DNA of 64,000 bases from Thermovirgaceae bacterium (GTDB taxonomy: Bacteria; Synergistota; Synergistia; Synergistales; Thermovirgaceae): positions 2,624-66,623 of the forward strand of contig JBNGCT010000001.1 of the NCBI GenBank assembly GCA_049974965.1, written 5' to 3'. A program made the translations under genes and the position numbers. The notes beneath the pieces are model-generated. The model searched no databases. It saw nothing but the letters and a program-made list of their open reading frames with translations, and was not told where the DNA came from. Position 1 is the first letter of the stretch; every line of letters starts with the position of its first letter. Positions 27,099-38,290 of the stretch are shown here, in pieces.

Positions 27099-27779
27099 AT
27101 GAAATCTTTCAAAAAGGAGAACGTCCACACGCCATACCCTTTGCCTGTAACCGCCGTCATCCTGGCTGGAGGCGAGGGCAAACGTCTTGGCATGCGAAAG
27201 CCGTTTCTGGATGTTGACGGCAAACGAATGATCGACGTGATGATCAGCCGGGTTTCCCCTTTCTGTCGCGAGATCCTGATTTCATGTTCACCACGCGAAG
27301 CTGCGGTTTTAGAGAAGGCAGGCGTCGTTGAAGACGGCCTTCAACTGGTCGACGGAATCGTCCTCGATTCCGCAAGGGGGAAAGGTCCCCTTGAGGGGCT
27401 TTTTCAGGGTATGAAGGCGGCAACCAGCGACTGGATCTTTCTCACAGGATGCGATATGCCCGGCCTTATGGAAAGCGTCGTCAGACGAATCTGGGATTGC
27501 CGCAAGGAAGGTTCCAGAGTGATGGTCCCGCTTCTTGACGGGTACAGGGAACCACTGCATTCCTTCTATGCCACCCAGATCCTCCCCGATGTGGAGGATT
27601 TTCTGAACAGGGGCATCAGGAAAATAACCTCCCTTTTTGAAAAGATCCCCCCGACGGAAGTCCCCGAAGATTGTTTCCGGAATATTCCAGGTTACCGCCA
27701 ATCCTTCATGAATATCAATACACATGAGCAGCTTCTCGCCTGGCGGGACGAACGACGCCGTTTTTCATCCAGGCGGTGA
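27099..27779 (+). CDS. mobA: Molybdenum cofactor guanylyltransferase
   Basis: ILAGGEGKRLG..KP, GPLEG, GCDMP, EPLHSFY, FMNINT. Confidence 0.88.
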   Translation: MKSFKKENVHTPYPLPVTAVILAGGEGKRLGMRKPFLDVDGKRMIDVMISRVSPFCREILISCSPREAAVLEKAGVVEDGLQLVDGIVLDSARGKGPLEGLFQGMKAATSDWIFLTGCDMPGLMESVVRRIWDCRKEGSRVMVPLLDGYREPLHSFYATQILPDVEDFLNRGIRKITSLFEKIPPTEVPEDCFRNIPGYRQSFMNINTHEQLLAWRDERRRFSSRR

Positions 27780-27856
27780 CGTTCGTCCGGCACCCCTCAT
27801 GACAAGAATGCCCGGTCCCGCTAGAATATGGGACGTTCTTCAACGGGAGTGATGTT

Positions 27857-29674
27857 ATGGAAAACAGGCTTGCGCACATACGAAATTTTTGCATTATCGC
27901 CCACATTGATCACGGCAAATCGACTTTGGCGGACAGAATGCTCGAAAGGACCATGACCGTCGAGGCGAGAAACATGAGGGAGCAGGTTCTAGATTCCCTC
28001 GACCTCGAAAGGGAAAGGGGCATCACTATCAAGCTGGTGCCCGTCCAGATGAGATACACAGCCACGGACGGGCGGCAATATATTCTGAACCTTATCGACA
28101 CGCCGGGACATGTAGACTTCGGTTACGAGGTCTCTCGGTCTCTTGCGGCCTGCGAAGGCGCACTGCTTGTCGTAGATGCTTCCCAGGGCGTCGAAGCCCA
28201 GACGGTCGCGAACGCCTATCTTGCCGTCGATCAGGGGCTGGAAATCATTCCGGTTATCAACAAGATCGATCTTCCCTCCGCCCAGCCTGAGGTCGTAAAA
28301 AAAGAGCTTGAGGATCTCGTCGGAATAGACGCTTCGGAAGCCTGCCTGGTCAGTGCGAAGGACGGTACCGGAATAGAAGGAATCTTTGAGGCAATACTGG
28401 ACAGGGTCCCTCCGCCGGGGGGAGATCCCGACGCCCCTTTGCAGGCCCTCGTTTTCGATTCGATATACAACAACTACAGGGGGGTCATCTGTTCCATAAG
28501 GGTTGCGAACGGATCGATAAAAACAGGTGACACCATATCTTTCATGGCGACGTCGAGGACGTACCAGGTGGAGGAGATAGGGCTCTTCCGGCCTGATATG
28601 CGCCCCGCCGACGAACTGGGGCCCGGAGATGTGGGGTACCTCATAGCAAACGTCAAATCTGTTTCTGAAGCCCGTGTCGGCGATACGGTCACAACAGCGA
28701 ACAAGCCGGCAGCAAAGCCTCTTCCCGGATACAAAAAGGTCAAACCCGTCGTTTTCTGTGGTTTTTATCCCGTTGAACGGGAGGATTACCAGCAGCTCCG
28801 GGAAGCCCTCGAAAAACTTCAGCTCAATGACTCGGCCATATTCTTCGAGCCAGAGACGTCTACAGCACTGGGTTTCGGTTTCAGATGCGGCTTTCTCGGC
28901 CTCCTTCACATGGATATTGCCAGGGAGCGCCTGAACAGGGAATTCGACATCGACCTTGTCGCCACGGCTCCGAACGTGGTCTACAGCATCCTCTGCTCCG
29001 ACGGTTCCGTCATCGAAGCCCACAAGCCTTCTGATTTCCCCGAGACCGGCGAGATCGCTGAAATCAGCGAGCCTTTCATAGGGGTGACCGTATTCGTTCC
29101 GGGGGAGTACGTCGGCAAAGTCATGCAGACCTGCCAGGAAAGACGAGGCGTTTTCAGCAGCATGGACTACATTACACCCGAACGGGCGCGGGTTGTTTAT
29201 GACATCCCCCTCGCCGAATTCATCATTGATTTTCATGACAGGATCAAATCCGTGACGAGGGGGTATGCCTCCATTGATTACGAACACATCGGCTACAGGG
29301 TTTCGGACCTCGTAAAAGTGGATGTACTGATCGGCGGAGACCCCGTGGATGCCTTCTCCTTCATTTGCCACAGGGAAGAAGCCTACCACCGGGGCCAGGC
29401 GGCGGTCAGAAAATTGAAGGAACTTATCCCCCGCCAGCTTTTCGAAGTCCCCATTCAAGCGGCCATCGGAAAGCGCGTGATCGTCCGGCAAAATGTCAAA
29501 CCCCTCCGCAAGGATGTCCTTTCAAAGTGCTATGGAGGAGATGTGACAAGGAAAAGGAAACTGCTGGAAAAACAGAAAGAAGGCAAAAAGAAGATGAAGC
29601 AGATCGGAAAGGTTTCCATCCCCCAGGAAGCCTTCCTGTCATTCCTTCAATCCGAGGAGGAGGGCCAGGACTGA
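27857..29674 (+). CDS. lepA: Elongation factor 4
   Basis: [58 protein letters not shown]. Confidence 0.98.
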   Translation: MENRLAHIRNFCIIAHIDHGKSTLADRMLERTMTVEARNMREQVLDSLDLERERGITIKLVPVQMRYTATDGRQYILNLIDTPGHVDFGYEVSRSLAACEGALLVVDASQGVEAQTVANAYLAVDQGLEIIPVINKIDLPSAQPEVVKKELEDLVGIDASEACLVSAKDGTGIEGIFEAILDRVPPPGGDPDAPLQALVFDSIYNNYRGVICSIRVANGSIKTGDTISFMATSRTYQVEEIGLFRPDMRPADELGPGDVGYLIANVKSVSEARVGDTVTTANKPAAKPLPGYKKVKPVVFCGFYPVEREDYQQLREALEKLQLNDSAIFFEPETSTALGFGFRCGFLGLLHMDIARERLNREFDIDLVATAPNVVYSILCSDGSVIEAHKPSDFPETGEIAEISEPFIGVTVFVPGEYVGKVMQTCQERRGVFSSMDYITPERARVVYDIPLAEFIIDFHDRIKSVTRGYASIDYEHIGYRVSDLVKVDVLIGGDPVDAFSFICHREEAYHRGQAAVRKLKELIPRQLFEVPIQAAIGKRVIVRQNVKPLRKDVLSKCYGGDVTRKRKLLEKQKEGKKKMKQIGKVSIPQEAFLSFLQSEEEGQD

Positions 29675-30804
29675 GAGATTTCGCCGACGGACTCTCCCTG
29701 TATGTGCATGTCCCTTATTGTCGGAGGAAGTGTCACTATTGCGCCTTTTACAGTGTAGAACCGGCGGAATTTGCCCTGGAACTGTTTCTCGACTTGCTGG
29801 GAAAAGAAATCGCCGGGTGGAAACGGTCCCTCCATTCTTGCAGGCCGATCCGGACCCTCTACATCGGAGGGGGCACGCCGACGATGCTTTCGCTCAGGCA
29901 ATGGGAAAGACTCGCTTCCTTGCTGGAGGAAAACTTTGACCTCTCCGAGCTTGAGGAACTGACGATAGAAGCCAACCCTGAATCGTTGAAGGACGTACAT
30001 CTCGATTTCTGGACGGACTGGAGGGCGACGCGGATAAGCCTGGGAATCCAGAGTCTCCAGGATGCGGAACTTTTCCGGCTAGGTCGCCTTCATGATTCCA
30101 GACAGGCTCTTGAGGCTCTGGACGCGTCTCTTGCCTCAGGGCTGATTACCAGCTGTGACGTCATCTTCGGGATCCCCGGCCAGAATCTCCAAAGCTGGCA
30201 CGACACGGTCCGCACGCTGGTTCACAAAGGGGTTTTGCACATTTCAGCGTATGAACTGTCCATAGAGCCGGGATCAGCGTGGGCTGACACTCTCCCCGAG
30301 GGCATGCCTTCCGGGTATCCCCTGTACAGGTGGGGGCAATACTACTTTTCTCTGAAAGGGTACTCCCAGTACGAAGTTTCGAGTTACTCCCGCGATCGAA
30401 ACTGGTGCCTGCACAACATTGGCTACTGGTACGGACGGGACTGCATCGGTCTCGGGCCTTCCGCATGGGGTCTCATCAAGGGCAGGAGATACAAAAACGT
30501 CGCTTCCCTTGAAACGTATCGCAAAAGGCTGGACGCGGGATACGGCGTGAAGGAATTCTCGGAACGGCTTGCACAAGATGAAGCGGCCTCGGAAGCGGCC
30601 ATCCTGGCCATGAGGACTTCCTGGGGACTTGACCTTGAACGTTTTGAAAGCCGTTTCGGACCAGAATGCGCAAGCCGGCTCGTCAGCAGGCTTGAACAAA
30701 TGCCTGCACGCTGCCTTTTGCTGCGAGGCAAAAGGGCCGCTCTGACAGGGGAAGGACTGCGACTGGGAAACTCCCTGTGGCAAATGTTATTACCCGGTTC
30801 CTGA
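29671..30804 (+). CDS. hemW: Radical SAM heme chaperone HemW (probable CTG start)
   Basis: [49 protein letters not shown]; conserved position after lepA. Confidence 0.9.
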   Translation: MRDFADGLSLYVHVPYCRRKCHYCAFYSVEPAEFALELFLDLLGKEIAGWKRSLHSCRPIRTLYIGGGTPTMLSLRQWERLASLLEENFDLSELEELTIEANPESLKDVHLDFWTDWRATRISLGIQSLQDAELFRLGRLHDSRQALEALDASLASGLITSCDVIFGIPGQNLQSWHDTVRTLVHKGVLHISAYELSIEPGSAWADTLPEGMPSGYPLYRWGQYYFSLKGYSQYEVSSYSRDRNWCLHNIGYWYGRDCIGLGPSAWGLIKGRRYKNVASLETYRKRLDAGYGVKEFSERLAQDEAASEAAILAMRTSWGLDLERFESRFGPECASRLVSRLEQMPARCLLLRGKRAALTGEGLRLGNSLWQMLLPGS

Positions 30805-30812
30805 ATAAGATA

Positions 30813-31421
30813 TCAGGGGACGGTCACCGTCTTGTCCGCCGACAAAACCGCCTCGGCTATTTCAAACATGTTCGAGACGGTACCGACGGAGACCTTTTCA
30901 GTGATTCCATAGTGGTTCGTACATGTCCCACACACGAGAAGGCGACATCCGCCGTCCACCAGAAGGCACAGGCTTTCCGAGGCTGAATTTTCCGCAAGGG
31001 CGAGCATAACGCCGCTGTTCATGAGGGCGATAGTACCCGTAAAGCCCAGTGACCCTGCCAGTGTGTCGAGAAATGCTTTCATGAGAGCCTCTCCCAAGAG
31101 GTCATCGCCTTTCCCGAGAACCGATGAGGTGATCAGGATCGTGACACTGTTTTGCCATTCTTCCTTGAGTTCCGATAAAACGTGTTCCGGCACGTTTTCG
31201 TTTTTACCTCCGGGCGGCAGGCACTCCAGGGTGAATGTGCCGGCCGGGCCTTCAGTGGAAAAGATCCTGTATCCTCGACTTTCAAGAAAACGCCTGACGT
31301 TGGTTTCTGAAACCCTCGAGTCCACGACCACCTCGAACGACCCCGATCCTTCATCGACGGCCCTTTTTGCCAATATGACAGGTTTCGGGCAGGCCATGCC
31401 CCGTGCGTCTATCCGCTGCAT
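30813..31421 (-). CDS. yedF: Selenium metabolism protein YedF (TusA/SirA + DsrE-like domains)
   Basis: IDARGMACPKPV, LGKGDD.LG..LM..F, VCGTC..HYG, VG.VSNM; divergent from selA. Confidence 0.88.
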   Translation of the reverse strand: MQRIDARGMACPKPVILAKRAVDEGSGSFEVVVDSRVSETNVRRFLESRGYRIFSTEGPAGTFTLECLPPGGKNENVPEHVLSELKEEWQNSVTILITSSVLGKGDDLLGEALMKAFLDTLAGSLGFTGTIALMNSGVMLALAENSASESLCLLVDGGCRLLVCGTCTNHYGITEKVSVGTVSNMFEIAEAVLSADKTVTVP

Positions 31422-31565
31422 TCAGTTCACCCCGTTTTTGAGGATTCATACACCTGAAATAGTACCATGCAGCGGAGATTTTCGGCCGCCTTGCGCGGGC
31501 GGATTTCATGAGGCAGGGGCAAATGCTGTAAACTTGTTGCATCAGAAGCGATCTGGGAGGCCTGC

Positions 31566-32966
31566 ATGCACATGGACCAGAATAAGAGAAACATCCTGAG
31601 ACAGTTGCCCGCCATGGACGAGGTCCTGGCGCTTCCGGAAATATCCATTTTTGAAAAAACGCTTGGAAGAAAAGCTGTCAAATCAGTTGTTGCAGACGTT
31701 ATAGGCGACGTGAGGAAGTCCATACTTGTCGGGGAAACCGGTTCGGTTTCGCTCGAAAACATTCAGGCCGAAATCGAAGGAAGACTTGCAAAATATTCCA
31801 GCCCGAGCCTTGACAGGGTTGTAAACGCCACGGGCGTGGTTGTCCACACGAACCTCGGACGTTCCTGCCTCGCCCCCGAAGCTGTTGAGGCCGTGAACCA
31901 GACTGCAGCAAGGTACAGCACTCTCGAATACGAGGTCAGATCGGGAGAACGCGGACAGAGAAACGACCACGTCGAATGGCTCCTCTGCCAGCTGACGGGA
32001 AGCGACGGTGCCGTTGTGGTCAACAACAATGCCGGCGCTGTGCTTCTGCTTCTTGCGACCTTCGCTTTTGGAGAGGAAGTCATTGTTTCCAGGGGCGAAC
32101 TGGTGGAAATCGGCGGATCCTTCCGCATACCCGACATCATGGCGCTTTCAGGGGCGAAACTCGTGGAAGTCGGCACAACAAACAGAACACGTATTGAGGA
32201 CTACAGGAATGCCCTCTCGGAACGGACGCGCATGATTTTAAGAGTTCATCCATCGAATTTCCGCATTGTCGGCTTTCATTCTTCGCCTTCAAGGAAAGAG
32301 CTCGCTGCCCTCGCAAAGGAGAAGGATCTTTTGTTCGCTGAAGACCTCGGAAGCGGAGTTCTGGTCGATTGCAGCGAATTCGGCCTTTCCGGAGAGCCGA
32401 CGGTGAGAGAATGCATTGACGCGGGTGTGGATCTCGTAACATTTTCGGGTGACAAGCTTCTCGGGGGACCGCAGGCTGGGAGCATCGTAGGCAGACGAGC
32501 TCTCGTGGAAAGACTGAAAAAACACCCGTTTTTGAGAGCCCTCAGAATCGACAAGATGACCCTTGCGGCATTGGAAAGGACGCTCAGGCTGTATCTTGAG
32601 GGAAATTATCTCAGGATTCCCACGCTCGGAATGCTTGCGGCTTCGACAAATGAGCTTGAGAAGGTCGCGGAAAGCCTCCGGGAGAAGATTCTCGAGACAG
32701 CCGGCGACAGGTGGGACATAGGCATTACGGAAGTCAAGGACGTTGTGGGGGGAGGGGCCTTCCCTGAAACGTCACTGGAAGGAAGAGGGCTCCGGCTTGA
32801 GTCGAAGGACCTTGACGAGCAGGAAATTCTTGATGGCCTGCGTTGCCACAGCATACCCGTCATAGGCGTGATAGAGGACGGGACGGCCCTTCTTCATGTC
32901 CGCACGCTGCTGGATGGCGACGATAAAATTATCGCCGACGCGATAAAAAACCTTTCTCATGACTGA
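31566..32966 (+). CDS. selA: L-seryl-tRNA(Sec) selenium transferase
   Basis: VNATGVVVHTNLGR, VNNNAGA, SRGELVEIGGSFRIP, FSGDKLLGGPQ. Confidence 0.97.
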   Translation: MHMDQNKRNILRQLPAMDEVLALPEISIFEKTLGRKAVKSVVADVIGDVRKSILVGETGSVSLENIQAEIEGRLAKYSSPSLDRVVNATGVVVHTNLGRSCLAPEAVEAVNQTAARYSTLEYEVRSGERGQRNDHVEWLLCQLTGSDGAVVVNNNAGAVLLLLATFAFGEEVIVSRGELVEIGGSFRIPDIMALSGAKLVEVGTTNRTRIEDYRNALSERTRMILRVHPSNFRIVGFHSSPSRKELAALAKEKDLLFAEDLGSGVLVDCSEFGLSGEPTVRECIDAGVDLVTFSGDKLLGGPQAGSIVGRRALVERLKKHPFLRALRIDKMTLAALERTLRLYLEGNYLRIPTLGMLAASTNELEKVAESLREKILETAGDRWDIGITEVKDVVGGGAFPETSLEGRGLRLESKDLDEQEILDGLRCHSIPVIGVIEDGTALLHVRTLLDGDDKIIADAIKNLSHD

Positions 32967-32985
32967 AAAGGGGAGGGACGCGGCA

Positions 32986-34905
32986 ATGTCGGAATACCCG
33001 GTCGTACTCGGGACCGCAGGACACATAGACCACGGGAAAACAACATTGATACGTGCTTTGACGGGCGTCGACTGCGACAGGTTGCGCGATGAGAAAAAAA
33101 GGGGGATAACCATCGAACTCGGCTTCGCTCCCATGGAGCTGCCGGGGGGGCGCGTTGTAAGTGTTATCGATGTACCGGGCCATGAGCGCTTCATCAGACA
33201 AATGGTAGCAGGCGCTGCCGGAATCGACGGCGTCATTTTTACCGTCGCCGCCGATGAAGGCGTGAAGGCGCAGACACGGGAACATCTGGAGATACTCGGC
33301 CTGCTCGGGGTCGAGAAAGGTGTCATCGCGGTCACGAAGGCGGATGCCGTTGATAGTGAACTGCTCGAACTCGCCATAGAAGAAATCAGGGAGGAAGTCA
33401 GGGGAACTTTCCTTGAAGAGATGCCTGTGGCAGCTGTTTCCGCCCTGCGGGGCACCGGACTGGAAAAGCTTCGCGAGCTCATCGCGGAAATGGTTGGAAG
33501 CCTCAGGATGAAGCCCCCTGAAGGGGCCTTTTTCATGCCGGTGGACAGGGCATTCCGGATCAAGGGGTTTGGCACTGTTGTAACCGGAACGGCCTACCGT
33601 GGGAAAGTGCGGTTAAACGATGCCCTCGAAATCATGCCCGCCGGCAAAAGGACCTATGTACGGTCCATTCAGGTGCATGACAAACCCGTTGAAGAATCTA
33701 CGGCGGGCCAGAGAACCGCCATCAGCCTTGCAGACGTCTCCATGGAAGACCTCTCCAGGGGGGATGTCCTTTGCGCGGAGGGGATCTACCGCCCGACGCA
33801 ATGCCTTGATGTCACACTAAAACTGCTTCCCTCAGCCGGGGAGCCTTTGAAGCACTGGCAACGAGTTCGGCTTCATACGGGAACTTCCGATGTTCTTGCA
33901 AGGGTCTCCCTCCTGGATCGAAAAACAATAGAACCAGGTGCTGAAGGCCTTGCCCAGCTTTTTCCCGAGGAACCCCTCGCCGCATCGATTGATCAGCCGT
34001 TTATCTTCAGATTCTACAGTCCCTTGAGGACCATTGGCGGGGGAAGGATTTTGTCGCCGGTCGGAACCCGGACGAAGGGGAAGAAATCAAGGGAATCCTA
34101 CCGGCAGTTTATTGAAGCCCTTTCGAAAACACACAATGCCGATGAAAGGCTCCGGTTGTTTCTCCTTCGACAGAAATACGGAACGATTGCGGACCTGGCG
34201 GTAAAGACGCAGGAAGAAGCGGGAACCCTGTCGCGAAAACTCGAGGGGATGGAGCAAAAAGGAGAAGTTGTCCTGCTCAACGCCCCGGACCTTGACGTGA
34301 TGATCAGCTCCTTCTATTCGGAAACAGCCGCTTCCGCAAAAGAGACCCTGAAGGCTCTTCATAAAAGGCAAACGGAAAATCCGGGGATGACGGCAGAAGA
34401 ACTTTCCAAAGCGCTGCCGGGAAATTTTCATCCCCGCACGGCCAGGAAGGTGATCGAAAAGCTTGTCGCCGACAGGTATCTGGAAGAAACGTCGCAGCGG
34501 CTCCATCTTCCGGGCTTTGTGCCCGAAAAGGAAGGTGCCCTCAACGAGAGGGCCAATGCCATCCTTACGTTCTGCAGCAAAAAGGGTGTCAACATGGCTG
34601 ATGTCGAAGAACTTCAAAAGGTTTTGGAGATTAAGGAAAAACAGTTGAAAGAGGCACTGGACATCCTGAAAGTCCAGAAAAAAATCTTTACACTTCAGGG
34701 TGGATATGTCATTGACCGACAGACCCTTTCCAAGGTTGTGGAAACATTGTCCGAAATCGAGGATGACATCACGATCGGAACTGTTCGGGATGCAACCGGC
34801 TCGAGCCGGAAATTTATTCTGCCCATCCTTGAACTGCTTGATTCCATGGGTGTAACGAGGAGGATACAGGAAAAACGAATATTGAGAAAACGGTCGTTTG
34901 ATTGA
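32986..34905 (+). CDS. selB: Selenocysteine-specific elongation factor
   Basis: GTAGHIDHGKT, EKKRGITIELGF, DVPGHE, C-terminal winged-helix SRKF..P.LE.LD. Confidence 0.97.
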   Translation: MSEYPVVLGTAGHIDHGKTTLIRALTGVDCDRLRDEKKRGITIELGFAPMELPGGRVVSVIDVPGHERFIRQMVAGAAGIDGVIFTVAADEGVKAQTREHLEILGLLGVEKGVIAVTKADAVDSELLELAIEEIREEVRGTFLEEMPVAAVSALRGTGLEKLRELIAEMVGSLRMKPPEGAFFMPVDRAFRIKGFGTVVTGTAYRGKVRLNDALEIMPAGKRTYVRSIQVHDKPVEESTAGQRTAISLADVSMEDLSRGDVLCAEGIYRPTQCLDVTLKLLPSAGEPLKHWQRVRLHTGTSDVLARVSLLDRKTIEPGAEGLAQLFPEEPLAASIDQPFIFRFYSPLRTIGGGRILSPVGTRTKGKKSRESYRQFIEALSKTHNADERLRLFLLRQKYGTIADLAVKTQEEAGTLSRKLEGMEQKGEVVLLNAPDLDVMISSFYSETAASAKETLKALHKRQTENPGMTAEELSKALPGNFHPRTARKVIEKLVADRYLEETSQRLHLPGFVPEKEGALNERANAILTFCSKKGVNMADVEELQKVLEIKEKQLKEALDILKVQKKIFTLQGGYVIDRQTLSKVVETLSEIEDDITIGTVRDATGSSRKFILPILELLDSMGVTRRIQEKRILRKRSFD

Positions 34906-34934
34906 GTAAAGGTTAATTATTTTTCGATTTGCGC

Positions 34935-34963
34935 TTGAAATATGAGGCCCTGTGTGATAAAAT
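34935..34963 (+). promoter_or_regulatory. Sigma70/A promoter of veg
   Basis: TTGAAA-17 nt-TAAAAT with TG extension. Confidence 0.75.
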
Positions 34964-34993
34964 ACGTTCATCAAACACACAGGAGTGACGTCT

Positions 34994-35245
34994 ATGAGTC
35001 CGAACCTCGCTACGATCCGCGACAGGGTGGAATTGTACAAGGGTTCGAAAGTACGCTACAGGGCTTCCAAGGGAAGAAGAAAAACCGAGGAGCGCATGGG
35101 CGTCATCGTAGAAACATATCCGAATCTCTTCACGATGTACGTCGAATCCCAGCAGAGTACGGTGTCGTTCAGCTATGCGGAACTCCTTACCAGGGAAGTT
35201 GAAGTCGAAATTCTTCCTGACAACAAAAAGCTTCTCCAGCTTTAG
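34994..35245 (+). CDS. veg: Veg family protein
   Basis: GRRK.E.MG.I.ETYP..F, VSFSYAELLT; upstream of ispE-purR as in Firmicutes. Confidence 0.9.
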   Translation: MSPNLATIRDRVELYKGSKVRYRASKGRRKTEERMGVIVETYPNLFTMYVESQQSTVSFSYAELLTREVEVEILPDNKKLLQL

Positions 35246-35265
35246 AGAATTCACCCAGACGCGGC

Positions 35266-35297
35266 GCCCCGGCGTGAAAACGCCGGGGCTTTCTCTT
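35266..35297 (+). terminator. Intrinsic terminator after veg
   Basis: GCCCCGGCGT-GAAA-ACGCCGGGGC then TTTCTCTT. Confidence 0.75.
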
Positions 35298-35312
35298 GCC
35301 TGGAGGTATTCC

Positions 35313-36185
35313 ATGTCACACATTGTCCTGCAAACTCCCACGAAGCTCAATCTCACCCTGCGGGTCCTTGATCGCAGAAAAGACGGATTCCACAATATTG
35401 TCTCGACCTTTCTCAGGCTTCCCGTTCACGAAACGTTGACAATCGCACCTGTTTTTGATGATAGTTCTGGTGGAGACCGTCTTCGGGTGCACGGTGAAAA
35501 GATAAGGGGGAGGAATATTCTTCACGAGGTACTTGAAAAGGCCAGGGACAGCGGAATCCTGATTCCGCCTCTTGTCATGGAACTGTGGAAAGTTTTCCCC
35601 CCGGGGACGGGGACAGCTGCCGGTAGCGGAAACGCCGCAGCGCTCGTAAAATGGCTGGAAGAAACGTGGAACACGCAGTTTCCCACCGCTGAACTCGCGA
35701 AGCTTGGTGCAGATGTGCCTTTTCTAAGGGCCCGTGATGTGCTTTCCATCCGCGGGGGAGTCGGTGAAATTGCTCTCGAAAAAGACCTGGCCCTGAGGCG
35801 AGCGTTTGCGAAACTCGTCATGGTTCCGGATTTTTCAAGCGACACGGCTGGAGCGTATGCCGCTTTTGACCAGGAGAAAAGCCCTGCAGCGATACCTGTT
35901 TCAGAGCGGGAGGCGGTCACCGAGGCCGGAAACACGATAGAAGCACTGCAAAGGGGAGAACATGTAGGACTGCTTCCGAACGATTTCACCGACCTCCTGC
36001 TAGCCCGCTATCCGTTGTATGAAAGAGTTTTCGACCTGTTCGAAGATTGCGGGGCCGCCTGTTGGGGGATCACCGGAAGCGGCAGCGGGTGCTTCGCTTT
36101 CTTCGACGAAAGATGGCAAGCCGGGAAGGCAGCGTGGTTTTCCAGCGGGTATTCAAACATCAGGAAAATTTTCATAATGGAGTGA
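35313..36185 (+). CDS. ispE: 4-diphosphocytidyl-2C-methyl-D-erythritol kinase
   Basis: PTKLNL.L.V..RR.DGFH, LGADVPF, NDF, TGSGSGCF; ATG 35313 after GGAGGT. Confidence 0.88.
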   Translation: MSHIVLQTPTKLNLTLRVLDRRKDGFHNIVSTFLRLPVHETLTIAPVFDDSSGGDRLRVHGEKIRGRNILHEVLEKARDSGILIPPLVMELWKVFPPGTGTAAGSGNAAALVKWLEETWNTQFPTAELAKLGADVPFLRARDVLSIRGGVGEIALEKDLALRRAFAKLVMVPDFSSDTAGAYAAFDQEKSPAAIPVSEREAVTEAGNTIEALQRGEHVGLLPNDFTDLLLARYPLYERVFDLFEDCGAACWGITGSGSGCFAFFDERWQAGKAAWFSSGYSNIRKIFIME

Positions 36186-36190
36186 AAACA

Positions 36191-37241
<1,051 letters not shown>

Positions 37242-37279
37242 CCTTCAGGGCCGCGCTCCGCAAAGAATAAAACAGGCAC

Positions 37280-37356
37280 GGGCCCATAGCTCAATTGGTC
37301 AGAGCCACCGGCTCATAACCGGAAGGTTCCTGGTTCGAGTCCAGGTGGGCCCACCA
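37280..37356 (+). tRNA. tRNA with CAT anticodon, probably tRNA-Ile2 (lysidine)
   Basis: Cloverleaf GGGCCCA/TGGGCCC, CTCATAA loop, GTTCGAG T-loop, encoded CCA; paired G1-C72 excludes initiator; C4-G69/C5-G68 fits Ile2. Confidence 0.92.
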
Positions 37357-37366
37357 GCGCAGCAGG

Positions 37367-37397
37367 TAAAGCCACCCCCAAGGTGGCTTTATTTTTT
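37367..37397 (+). terminator. Intrinsic terminator after tRNA
   Basis: TAAAGCCACC-5 nt-GGTGGCTTTA then TTTTTT. Confidence 0.85.
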
Positions 37398-37417
37398 GAA
37401 ACGGGGGAGGGAATAAA

Positions 37418-38206
37418 ATGAAAAGCATTCAGGCCGTTTGTGATGCAATCAATGATTTCGCACCCTTTGAAACGGCGACGGAATGGGATAACTCAGGGCT
37501 CCTTGTAGGAGCACCGGAAGACAAGGTCTCCAGAGTAGGGGTCACCCTTGATGTGACAGACGAATCACTGGCCGAAGCTTTCAAAAGACAATGTGACTGC
37601 ATCATCTCGCATCATCCGTTTTTGTTTTCCCCCGTTCAGCAGGTCCGGACGAACAGCGCGTTTGGGAAAAGGCTGAAAAGCATTCTTTCCGGCGGGCTCA
37701 GTGTGATTGCCGTCCATACCAACTGGGATGTTTCCTGCTGCGGCGTCAACGCGATTCTTGCGGAACTCCTGAACCTTGAAAACAGGGAACCTTTGACGGA
37801 ATCTTGGTATGGCGACAGGCGGTTATGGGAAGGCTCCGTCGGCATACTGCCTTTTTCCCTTACATCAGAAGGCTTCGCCGTCTTTGTCAAAGAAACGCTT
37901 TCCCTCCAATGGATCAGGGTTTTCGGAAAAAAGGAAAGTGTCAGGAAGATTGCATTGACAGGCGGATCGGGAAGCAGTTACCGGAAATCCGCCCTGGCAG
38001 CCGGGGCGGATCTGTTTCTGACTTCCGACATGAAGTATCATGAAGTCCAGGATGCCCTTGACAACGGACTTTCCGTCGCCCTTGCAGACCACGGAGAAGT
38101 GGAGCGGATTTCGATTCCTTTCCTGAAAAAAGAAATACAACAACGGGTCGACGTAGAGGTTGTCGAACTGCAGTCATGTTTCGATCCAGGAAAGACATTT
38201 GTATAA
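37418..38206 (+). CDS. Nif3-like dinuclear metal centre protein (DUF34)
   Basis: WDNSGLLVG, ISHHP, HTNWD, TSDMKYH, DHGEVE. Confidence 0.92.
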   Translation: MKSIQAVCDAINDFAPFETATEWDNSGLLVGAPEDKVSRVGVTLDVTDESLAEAFKRQCDCIISHHPFLFSPVQQVRTNSAFGKRLKSILSGGLSVIAVHTNWDVSCCGVNAILAELLNLENREPLTESWYGDRRLWEGSVGILPFSLTSEGFAVFVKETLSLQWIRVFGKKESVRKIALTGGSGSSYRKSALAAGADLFLTSDMKYHEVQDALDNGLSVALADHGEVERISIPFLKKEIQQRVDVEVVELQSCFDPGKTFV

Positions 38207-38290
38207 TGGCAGAATGTTCGCCGAAAAGGGAATACGTGACTGCCGGTTCCGACAGACGCAATGACAACGCGAAAAACGAGGTGAAACGAC

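Noticed and set aside
27989-29491. 500-aa antisense ORF opposite lepA (similar ones at 9309-10397, 38363-39406, 51392-52456, 34087-35040, 5975-6931, 62273-63298)
   Set aside because: Shadow frames of well-supported genes, expected from codon bias in GC-rich DNA; no recognisable motifs
29365-29670. 102-aa N-terminal extension of HemW in the ORF track
   Set aside because: It lies wholly inside lepA in another frame and has no HemW similarity
37280-37420. tRNA-Ile2 (or tRNA-Pro at 50507-50584) as an island integration site
   Set aside because: No integrase, no duplicated tRNA 3' end seen, and both are flanked by housekeeping genes
38207-38290. Possible T-box leader before trpS
   Set aside because: Too short, and no T-box GGTGG-ACC consensus or terminator
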